From: Chloropicon primus
Lineage: Eukaryota
Assembly (NCBI GenBank): GCA_023205875.1
Contig: CP060754.1
Span: 558,001-622,000, forward strand
Direction of reading: 5' to 3'
Length of the DNA stretch: 64,000 nucleotides
Made by a program: the position numbers and the translations under genes. Each line of letters opens with the position of its first letter. Position 1 is the first letter of the stretch. The notes beneath the pieces were generated by a model, which worked only from the letters and a program-made list of their open reading frames with translations, did not search any database and was not told where the DNA came from. Shown in pieces: positions 1-9,591 of the stretch.

Positions 1-58
1 ACGGAAAGGTGTACGAGATCTCGATCGATCTGCTTCGGCGTGGGTTGGAGGAGAGACG

Positions 59-655
59 ATGGCGATGATGGCGACGACGAGCATGATGATGACGATGGCG
101 ACGACGAGCGCGAGCGGGGGGAAGGTCGGAGCGGGGCTGCCTTGCAGGGGTCTGGTGTCTACGCGGGCGAGGAGAACGCGCGGGGGCGGAAGGGTCGGAG
201 AGGCCAAGGCTTCGGTCGGGGGAAGGGGGGTCGAGAGGGCGCTGAGGCTCTCCGGGAGGCAGAACGAGGGCTCCTTGTTGGTGTGCCGCGCCACCACGGA
301 CGAGCCCGAAACTGAGCCCGAACAGGCGGAGTCCGGGGGCGAGAAAAGGAAGGTTCTGAAGAACGTGTTCTACGTCGCGGCCGCGATAGCTTTGCCCATC
401 GTTGGCTGGTCGGAGGTGGTGACCGCGACGACGGGGGAGGGCTTGCAAGGAGCCTTTCTCGGGGCCCTCGAGGGCGTGTCCTACCTGGTTCTGCTCGGCG
501 TGATCGGAAAGTCGATTGCGCTCAAGGTCAGGACGGGGACCGGGTTCCCCCCTGGGCCCTACGGCCTCCTGGGCGCGCTGGAGGGCCTCGCTTACCTGGA
601 GCTGGTGGGCCTGATCGTCTCACAGATCCTCAAAGCCAAGGCTGGAGGTGTCTGA
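59..655 (+). CDS. Conserved hypothetical plastid-type membrane protein (resembles Arabidopsis At3g50685)
   Basis: Ser/Thr/Arg-rich transit-peptide-like N-terminus. Duplicated motif GAFLGALEGVSYL / GPYGLLGALEGLAYL among about 3 hydrophobic helices. TGTAA at 718-722. Confidence 0.65.
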   Translation: MAMMATTSMMMTMATTSASGGKVGAGLPCRGLVSTRARRTRGGGRVGEAKASVGGRGVERALRLSGRQNEGSLLVCRATTDEPETEPEQAESGGEKRKVLKNVFYVAAAIALPIVGWSEVVTATTGEGLQGAFLGALEGVSYLVLLGVIGKSIALKVRTGTGFPPGPYGLLGALEGLAYLELVGLIVSQILKAKAGGV

Positions 656-798
656 GGAGTCGGGTTGCCTCGTTTTTCTTGACGTTGGCTTATTTTTCTC
701 TCGAGAGACCGATCGTGTGTAATGCAGAATTGAATACTTGGTTTTGCCACGAAAGAAATGGTGGACTACATTACAGTCTTTGGCACGGGCGTCCTCGT

Positions 799-2446
799 TC
801 AGGCTGCAGGCTGGGAGGCGAACCGCACGGTGGGCCTCGCGTTCATGAGAGGCTTCTCCACGAGCAAATCTGTCTCGGGCAAAGAGGGAGGGCGTCAAAG
901 TCAGAGTCGCGCCAGCGCGTCCAAGAGCGAGAAGGGACTTACATGTGATGAGCGCCGAGAGAAAAGAGAAGAGAACGCAGACGGTGAAATCCCAGTTGAA
1001 GACGCTCCAACTGACCCAGATGCTCTTCAGGGGGCTGATCGCCCGGAAATCGTCCACTCCTTTGACAAAGGTAGTCCAGATCAGGTGGAGCAAGTAGGCG
1101 CCGTACGAGAGCACCGCGATTGGGTACCAGAAGCTCACCGACAGGATGGCGTTGAACGCACGGAGCCTTCCGCGGTTGCACATGAATATGAAATAGGCGA
1201 TGCCCCAGCCAAAGATCCACCTCCCGCCGAGGGCGAGGACTTGGGCCAGGGCCGGCGAGGTCTGGTACGTCAAGTAGTTCGTGCCCGCGCCCAAGAAGAG
1301 GAGGGACCCGAGCACAAGCAGGGTGAGGACGTCCAGGGTGCACAAGGCTGCCCTCGGGAGCCTGATCTCCACCTCCTCCCACTGCATGAGACTCACGGTC
1401 ACCCCGGAGACGTAGGGGCTGTACCTCGTCCACGTGGCCACGTAAGAAAGGGGAAGAATCCCGTTTCCGTCCACCTTCGTTTGGGGGATGAAGTGAAAGA
1501 GCTCCCCCTTCTGCGTGACGTAAAGCATGTAGGCGTTCGTCGCGATGTTGATGCCGGACAGGAAGAAGAGCGCGGCGTAGCAGAACCTTCTTGGCCTCCT
1601 GGCTTTGAAGGAGAACACGAGCCAGATGATCAGCGGCGAGACCAAGTACATTTGAACCTCCACCGCTACGCTCCAAGTCTGCACCAGGCACTGGAAGTCC
1701 CCCACGTAGTTGTTCACGAACAGGAGCATGGGCCAGACTTCGCCAAAGTCCGTGCATTTGTTCCCCGAGACAAAGTCGAACTGAGAAAAGTTTTTGCCCC
1801 CGTTGACCGCCAGGGAGATCTCGTTCGCCGCGATCGTGAGGACGATGGCCGTGACGAGCATCGGGAAGATCCTGAGCCACCTGCGGACGTAGAACGTGCA
1901 GAGCGAGGCGAGGGTCCCCCTGACGCCGCGCTGGAACCCCGCGACCATCTCCTTCAGCAGGATTCGCCCGATCAAGTACCCGGACAGGGTAAAGAACACG
2001 TCCACGCCCATGTCGCCGTTGAACGCGATCTGGGCCGGCCAGAACGAGACGAGTCGGGACACCAGCGGGGACAGCCCGTCGGTCACGACCATGACCATGA
2101 CGTGGAAAGCGATGACCCAAAGGACCGCGAGGGCGCGCAAGCCATCCAAGACAAACGACCGCGATATGCTGTGCGTTTTCGGGCTCCTCCTCCACACTGA
2201 GCCCCAATTTCGCGCCCAAGCCGAACCCAGCCTCCGCCGCAAGCTTGCCTGGCGACCAGACCCAGACCCAGACCCAGACCCCTTCCCGGGGTACGCCAGA
2301 ACGCTCCTCGGCGTCGACCGCTTCCGCAGCGGTTCCTCCTTCCCCGCGTCGTGGCCATCGATTTCCACGGCCTCCAGCCGCGGCAACTCGCGGGTGTCGC
2401 AACACGAGGTCGCCATCCCTTCGTCTCCTTCGTCGACGGCGGTCAT
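799..2446 (-). CDS. Acyltransferase-3 family (OafA/NRF-6-like) multi-pass O-acyltransferase; intron 870-942
   Basis: Motifs LDGLRALAVLWVIAFH, GVDVFFTLSGYL, FYVRRWLRIFP, TWSVAVEVQMYL, LSYGAYLLH. Splicing GTAAGT(942)..CAG(870) restores the typical C-terminal YLLVEKP and a TGA at 799-801. Confidence 0.85.
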
Positions 2447-2811
2447 GGCCCCGCCCGTAACCGCCGCTCGCCCAAAAGAGATGCAAATCACGGTCTAGCA
2501 AGGAGTGTACGGTTTTTTGGATCAAACCCTAAGAAGAAAAGTCTTTGGGCGACCGCCCTATGTAGATTTCCCTTGTTGGCAGGTTTGGACCGAGGGGCGA
2601 GAGCGGCGTGCGGGCGGAGAAACGAGAGAGAACGCGAGAGAGGAGAGACGCCTTTCCTTTCCTTTCCTTTGTGTTTCAGTTGGCTCGGGGAGGCACTCGC
2701 GCTCGCTGGGGAGAGAATTGCGTCGGTGGGGTTGGACGCGGGGCCGGCAGACCACGGAGGAGAAGACTTGGTGAGCGCGCGCGAGCGTCGTCGAGAGGTT
2801 AGGAGAACAAC

Positions 2812-3795
2812 ATGGCTTTGAGGAACTTTTCCAGCGTTCTTCGGGGGCCTTTGGGGCAGCAGCAAGGCCTCCTGGCCCCCGCGAGCGCTTGCTTGGGGCT
2901 TCAGGCCCAGCCGATAGCGGGGCCCCACCTCCAGAAGGGCGGCGAGGTCGCGACGCAGAAGAGGTTCGCGTCCCAGCTCGAGACCCAGCAGAAGATGAAG
3001 TCCGTGGGAAACATTATGAAAATTACAAAGGCCATGAAGATGGTTGCGGCCGCGCGTATGCGTGGCGCCCAGCAGAAGGTCGAGGCCTGCAGAGGCATGG
3101 TCGACCCCAGCATCAAGCTCTTCGGGGACAACCCAATGGTGGAGGGCAAGTCCGTCACGATTCCAGTCACGTCGGACAAGGGTCTTTGCGGTGGTGTGAA
3201 CTCCCAGGTGAACCGCGTGGTGAAGGTCATTCAGGAGTGCAAGGGCCCCGAGGCCGAGACGCCGAGGGTCTGCATCGTCGGAGACAAGGGTAGATCGGTG
3301 CTGTCGCGCGGAATGCCTGACGAGATCGACTTCATCGCCTCCGAGGCGACCAAGCAGGCCGTCACCTTTGCGACCGCTTCCGCCATTGCGGAGGAAGTCC
3401 TGAAGACCGACTCCGCGGCCTCGAGGATCGTTTTCAACAAGTTCAAGTCCGCCATCGCGTTCATGCCAACCGTCGCGACCGTGCCCTCTCCGGAGACCAT
3501 CGAGTCCCAGCCAGCCTTGGTGGAGAAGTTTGACGAGTACGAGCTCGAGGGCCCTGACCGCTCTGAGTTCTTGACCGACCTTCAGGAGTTCAACCTCGCC
3601 TCCACGCTGTACTGGGGAATGCTCGAGAACGGATGCAGCGAGCAGGCCTCCCGTGTGCAGGCCATGGAGAACTCCTCCAAGAACGCCGAGGAGATGCTTT
3701 CGGCGCTCACCATTAAGTACAACAAGACCCGCCAGGCTGGTATCACCACCGAGCTCATTGAGATTATTTCGGGAGCTGTTGCGCTCGAGGGTTAG
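2812..3795 (+). CDS. ATP3: Mitochondrial F1-ATP synthase gamma subunit
   Basis: KITKAMKMVAAA, TSDKGLCG and NKTRQAGITTELIEIISGA motifs; N-terminal presequence. Confidence 0.97.
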   Translation: MALRNFSSVLRGPLGQQQGLLAPASACLGLQAQPIAGPHLQKGGEVATQKRFASQLETQQKMKSVGNIMKITKAMKMVAAARMRGAQQKVEACRGMVDPSIKLFGDNPMVEGKSVTIPVTSDKGLCGGVNSQVNRVVKVIQECKGPEAETPRVCIVGDKGRSVLSRGMPDEIDFIASEATKQAVTFATASAIAEEVLKTDSAASRIVFNKFKSAIAFMPTVATVPSPETIESQPALVEKFDEYELEGPDRSEFLTDLQEFNLASTLYWGMLENGCSEQASRVQAMENSSKNAEEMLSALTIKYNKTRQAGITTELIEIISGAVALEG

Positions 3796-4171
3796 CCATG
3801 TGCGGGAGCATTTAGACACACGCTAGTGGGAGCACAGGGAGAGGGAGCGGAGACGCGAGGCGGGGGACTCTTTCACACGAAAGCCTTCTTTTGTCGGGAG
3901 AGGCGCCCACCACGGGCTTTCGGGGATATATAAGGACACGCGAAGCGAAGTAACCGAAACTTTTAACTGAAGCTTCTTTTAGATATTTTATGCCACTTAT
4001 GTCCCACTCGAGAGCCTCCCCTCTTTCTAAGAGAGAGACACGGCGCCCAAGGCAAGCGGCGGCGGTGCGCGCACGACGCGGCCAAGTCCCACTAAAGTTA
4101 CAAATTTTGCTTTTCGCCCTGTGGAGCGAGAGAGCGGGCCGCCCCTCCTCCTGCAACTGAGCCTCCCCGCC

Positions 4172-4578
4172 TTATCTGGCTGCCACGGAGGCTCTCTGGG
4201 CGGCCTGCTGCTGCTGCTGGTAGTTCAGTGGGCGCCTGAAGAGCATGATGTGGGGCTCAGGCTTGTGGATCGCGTAGTGGATCCAGCCGCGGGACTGCTG
4301 GACGCCGATCGCCCTCCACTCGATCTCAGAGAGAAGCCTCCCGTTCTTTGGGAGGGCCTTTGCGATGTCCTGTGGAAGCACGACGTGCCTGGGGTGTTGC
4401 AACAACGAGGGCGCCCAAACCAAAAAAAAAAAAGACAGACAAAGGAGAGGAGAAACGACAGTTGCGTCAGCACTCTTTTCTGGTCTCGGGCACGAGTGGA
4501 GGCAGCTGACCGGTCTTACCTGTACTCGTAGGTGTCGTCGTAGTACTTCTCGGAGTATTGGATTTGTGAAGAAGGCAT
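4172..4578 (-). CDS. CKS1: Cyclin-dependent kinases regulatory subunit; intron 4389-4519 (probable 5'-UTR intron about 4602-4880)
   Basis: Spliced product [27 protein letters not shown]...[42 protein letters not shown] donor and CTGAC branch point. Confidence 0.95.
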
Positions 4579-5076
4579 GGTTCCTCGTCTGGCTCTTTCC
4601 TCTGGCGTGTCTTGGGTGTGCCACAGGAAAAGCAAAAGAAAACCGACAAAAGAACGACGTGCGAGCGAAAACGGTGTTAGTCCGCCCGCACCGAGTGTGC
4701 CAAAAAGATCCCGGGGTGCGTGGACGCGGACTCCACCCCCCGTCTCGAGAACGAAAAGGAGAACGCCAAGCCCCTTCCCGTCCGTCGACCAAGGGACGCG
4801 AAAACGGGCGCGCGGCGACGATGGGGCGTAGGACAGCGAACGATGCTCTCGACACCAACCGCCTCCCGGTCCCCCCTTACCTCGACTCCTCTTTCCAACG
4901 TACAGTTGCGGTCCTCTTGCGTCGTGTTCCCTCCGCTTCTCTCTCTCTCTCCCCGAGAATTAGAATTCCTCGTCGTTCTCGACGAGATGGAATTTCTACA
5001 GGATGCTTGATCTCAATGGGGCGACTCGTTCTCAACGGCAGGGCAGGGAAGAAATGGCGCGCTCTGTCGGTTTTTG

Positions 5077-5113
<37 letters not shown>

Positions 5114-5292
5114 GACGAAAGCGAAAGGGAAAGGGGGACGAAAGGGAAAGGGGTCGAGGGGTCGAGCAGCGACCTTGGTCACGAACATGGACGGGTGACT
5201 GGCATTGATGGTGCTGACTTGATGAGGACGACGACGAGGAGGAGGAGGAGGAGGAGGAGAATCGGAATCGGAATCGTGGCGTCTTGGTCTTG

Positions 5293-6501
5293 ATGAAGAG
5301 GGGGAGGGAGTGTCCCGCCGCGGCGGCCAGGGGGGCGAGGGAGATCGTGCGCAGGGTCGCGGCGGCGTGCTTCCTGGGCTCGGGGGCGGACCCCCTGGCG
5401 GTGGCGAGGGGGGAGAGCGACGCGCTCCGGAGCCCCCAAGTGCCCGTGGAGGTGGCCAAGCTCCTGATCGACCGGGACGACTTGCTGGGCGCGCTGTCCC
5501 ACGTGGGTCAGACCGCCCTGCTCCTCTTCCTGAACCTCCACAAGGCGAGCTTCTTCGAGGGGGAGTGGCTTAACCTGGTGGACCTGCTGGCGAGTCGCGC
5601 CAAGCGTCGGGGAGGCTGGAAGGGCGCCTTCAGGGACGGCTGCCTCCGAGGCTGCACGGAGGACGTGGCGCCCCTCCCGACCCCCAAACTCCTGCTGGAA
5701 CAGGAGGGGGCCGGGGAGACTGCCGAGGAGGAGGGCGACGATGCGGTCTCGCCGGTCTCGCCGGTCGACGCGGTCTCGGCGGCGACAGACCCGGAGGCCC
5801 TCCTGGCAGAGTTCGTGGCGTCCATCGAAGAGGGGGAATCGGGGGGCGTGGAGCTGGCGCGACTGAAAGAGCTACTGCGAGGCCTGGATCACGACACGTG
5901 TCCCGCCGTCGTTGGGGACGAGGCCCTGTCCCAGATCCTGGAGGCCCTCCTCAGCGACGAAGCGGGGCTGGAGGACCTGTCCCTGTTCTTCAGGTTTCTG
6001 CTCAAGGCGCGGGTCATGGCACTCGACAAGTCGCCCTCCCAGGCGATGACGGCCGTGATCAAAGCGGCCGCGAGCGCCCACCCCCGAGCTCTGAGCGAGG
6101 CCGTCCTCGTTCCACTGGCGACGTCAGGGACTCTGAACTTGGCTCAGGTGGAGCTCTTGAGGAAGGCGATTTCCGTGAAGGAGCTGGCCAGGCTCAACCC
6201 CACAGTCTTCCAGGAAATCGGGGAGAAGGGGGAGTGGAACGAGAACCACCTCGTGGTCATGCACCACCTCGTGCAGACCTGTGAGGAACTCCCCCCAAAG
6301 GCACTCGGAGCGGCCTGCGTCACTTTCAGGGCCAGGGGCAAGGCGTTCTCCTCCTCCCTTCACTTTGCCAAGCTGATCAACACGATCATTCAAAAGTTTC
6401 CCGAGGAAGCCCGCGGGGAGAAGGAGGGCCTGCTGGAGGCCCTCGAATGCAACACGACTTTTTTTGGCAAGATCGCGAGGTCGCACGCGCAAAAGCTTTG
6501 A
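5293..6501 (+). CDS. FANCE: Fanconi anaemia group E (FANCE)-like protein, C-terminal helical-repeat domain
   Basis: C-terminal half follows the FANCE pattern: PSQAMTAVI, AQVELL, WNENHLVV, SLHFAKLI, ALECNTTFFGK (human ALEPNTTFLRK). Confidence 0.75.
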   Translation: MKRGRECPAAAARGAREIVRRVAAACFLGSGADPLAVARGESDALRSPQVPVEVAKLLIDRDDLLGALSHVGQTALLLFLNLHKASFFEGEWLNLVDLLASRAKRRGGWKGAFRDGCLRGCTEDVAPLPTPKLLLEQEGAGETAEEEGDDAVSPVSPVDAVSAATDPEALLAEFVASIEEGESGGVELARLKELLRGLDHDTCPAVVGDEALSQILEALLSDEAGLEDLSLFFRFLLKARVMALDKSPSQAMTAVIKAAASAHPRALSEAVLVPLATSGTLNLAQVELLRKAISVKELARLNPTVFQEIGEKGEWNENHLVVMHHLVQTCEELPPKALGAACVTFRARGKAFSSSLHFAKLINTIIQKFPEEARGEKEGLLEALECNTTFFGKIARSHAQKL

Positions 6502-6646
6502 GGCGGAGCCGTGCGCCGAGCGTCCTCGATGTGTAAAACTACAAATTATTCAAGTGATGATGTACAATGGACCGATGAGTGTGATATACAAGTGTTTTTA
6601 CACGCGCGCGCGCGGGGGGGGGGGAGGGCATAGGAAGACGACCAAG

Positions 6647-8116
6647 CTAACCCGCCGCGTTCTCCCTCTTTGCGACCAGTTGCTCCAAGGACATGGCGGC
6701 GTGGTGAACGAATGCGGGCTTGATCCAGAACACATGGGACATCACAATCACAACTGCCTGGTAATCGATGTGAAGTGCCCGCGACCATTCCCCGTAGGCA
6801 GCGTATTGACCTCCTCCCGGAACACCCTTCCTCCCGGTGCTTGCCGGGGCCTCTGCAGCACGTTCGTGTTCACTCGCCTTTTGCCCCATATCGTCTGCCC
6901 ACATCTCCTGCCTGGCAAGCCCTTTCAACACTGCGTGAACTGACATGAATAGGTTGTGGACCTCCTCAGTTTTTACGTTGCCCCTGAGGAAATCCGCGTA
7001 CAAGGCGAGGTCTTCCTTGGGCATGGCCACGGTGTCCACCGCCAGCCAAGTTCTGTTCTCCGCCTCCTTCGCTTCCATGTTCCCTTTGGCCCAGCCCACC
7101 CAGGACTCCACAGGCGTTTTCTCGGCCTTCCTCCCGTCGAGGCCGTAGAGCAGCTTGAGGGTCACGAGGACGAGGCCTAAAACGAAGGGATAGGGGCTCC
7201 CCCGAAACGACGTCCCGCCGTGGGCATGCGTCTTGGTCTCGTGTTGGTACACCTGAAAGTACACGTCGGCTTCGGCCGGAAGATAAGAGTGGAGCCTGTG
7301 CACATGCAGCGCGATGTCCAGGGGCAGATTGAGCTCAAAAAGAATCCTCGTCACGAGGCCGCCGACATTTATGACGGGCTTTGGGAGGGACAGGGCCGCG
7401 GACACCTCCACGCACTCGTTCATCATCTTGGTCGCTATCGCTACGACGTTTACCCGGATCACGTGCGGGTTCTTGGGAAAGGGCAGTCTCATCGTCAAGA
7501 TAGCGATCACCAGGTCGATGGGCATGACTGGCTCCCTGAGAATCAGCAGCCCTAGCATCAGTATCGCCAGCGACTTCTCGGGCGGGAACTCCTCCTCCAT
7601 CTTGCTTGTCAACTCTCTGAACAGACTCTCCTTGTTGCCCGAAGAGTCCTCCACACTCGTTGCCTCGTTCAGTTTGGCCACGTTCTCGCTGAGGTCCAGG
7701 AGCCTCGTCCAAATCCTTCGGACGACGGGCGACAGCGCGTCCTGGCACTTGAACATCCGACCAGCGGCCTCGCTCTGCTTCACCAACAACGCCTGGAGCC
7801 TCTCCAGGTGACCGGTCGCGCCTCCACTGCTTGCGTCGAGATTTTCCTCCCACGCAGCTTCCCGCTCCGCCCCCTCCAATTCATACTTTGTCGGAGCCTT
7901 CGGTTGGCTCAGGTGCACCCTACGGACAGCACCGCGCTGCGGTCTAACGGTCTGGGACTCGGGGGCTTCCGTCTGAGTCTCCTGGAAGTCCTGGGCCTGG
8001 GTTCCGCAGTTGGTGCAGGCGAGGTAGCCCGCCACGACGTTGAAGTCCGAGCACCCACAAACGATACAGCTCTGCGTCCCATAGTCGTCCCCGGCCGCAT
8101 ACCCGCCCTGGTTCAT
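6647..8116 (-). CDS. TAF1B: TAF1B/Rrn7-like RNA polymerase I initiation factor subunit
   Basis: N-terminal Zn ribbon CIVCGCSDFNVVAGYLACTNCGTQ. Later SLAILMLGLLILREPVMPIDLV matches the cyclin-fold segment of Rrn7/TAF1B. ATG taken at 8116. Confidence 0.7.
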   Translation of the reverse strand: MNQGGYAAGDDYGTQSCIVCGCSDFNVVAGYLACTNCGTQAQDFQETQTEAPESQTVRPQRGAVRRVHLSQPKAPTKYELEGAEREAAWEENLDASSGGATGHLERLQALLVKQSEAAGRMFKCQDALSPVVRRIWTRLLDLSENVAKLNEATSVEDSSGNKESLFRELTSKMEEEFPPEKSLAILMLGLLILREPVMPIDLVIAILTMRLPFPKNPHVIRVNVVAIATKMMNECVEVSAALSLPKPVINVGGLVTRILFELNLPLDIALHVHRLHSYLPAEADVYFQVYQHETKTHAHGGTSFRGSPYPFVLGLVLVTLKLLYGLDGRKAEKTPVESWVGWAKGNMEAKEAENRTWLAVDTVAMPKEDLALYADFLRGNVKTEEVHNLFMSVHAVLKGLARQEMWADDMGQKASEHERAAEAPASTGRKGVPGGGQYAAYGEWSRALHIDYQAVVIVMSHVFWIKPAFVHHAAMSLEQLVAKRENAAG

Positions 8117-8457
8117 TCGGAACCGAACGGAACCGAACGGAACCTCTCTCCCTCCCCCGCCCTTCCCCTTTGCTTTGCTCTCCGTCGAATTGAGGGGGGG
8201 CTCTTTCCCGGCGGGGCGTGCCAATGGTGGGAGGATCCCGGTGAAACGTCGTTGTCTTCAAAAGGTTAATGTAGACTACCTTGTCGATCGAAAAGAATGC
8301 TTGCTTTTTGCTTTTTATTGGTTTTATTGGAACGACCCGTGTGCGTCTGCTTGAGCACCCGCACGTCAAAGTTTGTTCGTGGTGCCTGCCGGCGAGCCCC
8401 GCTTCTGTCCTTCTCCGAAAGCAAAGTGGTTCAGAAAACGGTTCCCACAGTGGACGC

Positions 8458-9027
8458 TCACCCCATGATCTTTCCGACGATGTGCAAGAAAGTCACCACA
8501 CCGATGAGGCTCAAGCTCAAGCCCAGAACCACGAGCTGAGGAGGAGGAAAAGGACAGAGCGTTGTTGGAAAGTTAGAAATGGTTGGATCCTTTCGAGTGG
8601 AGCGGAAGAAAGGGTCGCCACTTTCGCGGGACTCGAACGGGGACTGGTTCACTCACCGGACTGATCTTGATTCCCTCCATGGACTGCTGGATCACCTGCC
8701 TCTGCCTCGTAGGGCCTGAGGAAGCCGAAAGAAAAACACGAAGAAGAAAGGAGAGGAAGAGGAACGCGTCAGAAGAAAGACCCGAGCGGAGCGAGAAAAA
8801 ATCCTGCGACCCGTGTCCGAAATGGGAGCGGACACGGCGGGGCTACGCAACCCTTTCGCCCCTCCCCCCGTTCGCCTCCCACTCCCCATTAGGTCACCTC
8901 ACTCACCCTGCCTCATTCCTCTTCTTCCCGCTGGCGCTGGCCTGGCCGCGCCCGTTCTCTGTCCCGCGGCGCCTCCGCCCCTCTGGATGTTCTGCGAAGC
9001 TTGCGAAGATGAACTTCCCTTTGGCAT
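8458..9027 (-). CDS. SEC61B: Protein translocon subunit Sec61-beta; introns 8716-8906 and 8536-8656
   Basis: Spliced product: Gly/Arg-rich N-terminus, then GIKISP|LVVLGLSLSLIGVVTFLHIVGKIMG*. Both donors GTGAGT. Confidence 0.85.
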
Positions 9028-9030
9028 CGT

Positions 9031-9072
<42 letters not shown>

Positions 9073-9163
9073 CTCTCGTCGGTGCCGGTGCTCTTCTCTC
9101 GGATTTTTTTCTTTTCTAGCCGCAACGGGAGGAGAGGAGGAGGCTGGTGGTGTGACGTCGTAG

Positions 9164-9287
9164 ATGGTGGCAGGGATCCGGGTTGCGACGCCCCGTGGTG
9201 TGGGAGGGTGTTTGGTAGTGCCGGGGTCACGCGCTGCCATCACCAGGAGGAAGTGGACGGTGGCATCAACCCGATCATCTTCTTCAG

Positions 9288-9366
<79 letters not shown>

Positions 9367-9559
9367 GTCTAAGAAGTCGTCGGAGAAGCAGCGCGCCCCT
9401 CCGGATGGGGAGTACTTCAGAGGGATGATCACGTCCCCCTTAAAAGAGGAAGACCTCGAGAGGGACATGGTGACGCCGACTCTCAAGTTCGTCACGCGAG
9501 CTGGAGTCGTCTTGGTCCTGCTGGTTCTCGGGTTCATGAAGTCCAATAATCTTTTGTAA
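9164..9559 (+). CDS. Small hypothetical single-TM protein, probably plastid-targeted, with a poly-Ser tract
   Basis: Transit-peptide-like start; C-terminal hydrophobic helix [16 protein letters not shown]; stop codon lies within TGTAA. Confidence 0.6.
9290..9364 (+). repeat. (TCA)25 trinucleotide microsatellite encoding poly-Ser
   Basis: Uninterrupted TCA run read directly from the sequence. Confidence 0.95.
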
Positions 9560-9591
9560 ATATACTGCAAGTTGTTGTTGTGTACAATTGC

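Noticed and set aside
8899..9570. Poly-Asp and poly-Ile ORFs across the TCA repeat
   Set aside because: Alternative readings of the microsatellite; the Ser frame has an ATG, a TM helix and a TGTAA-linked stop.
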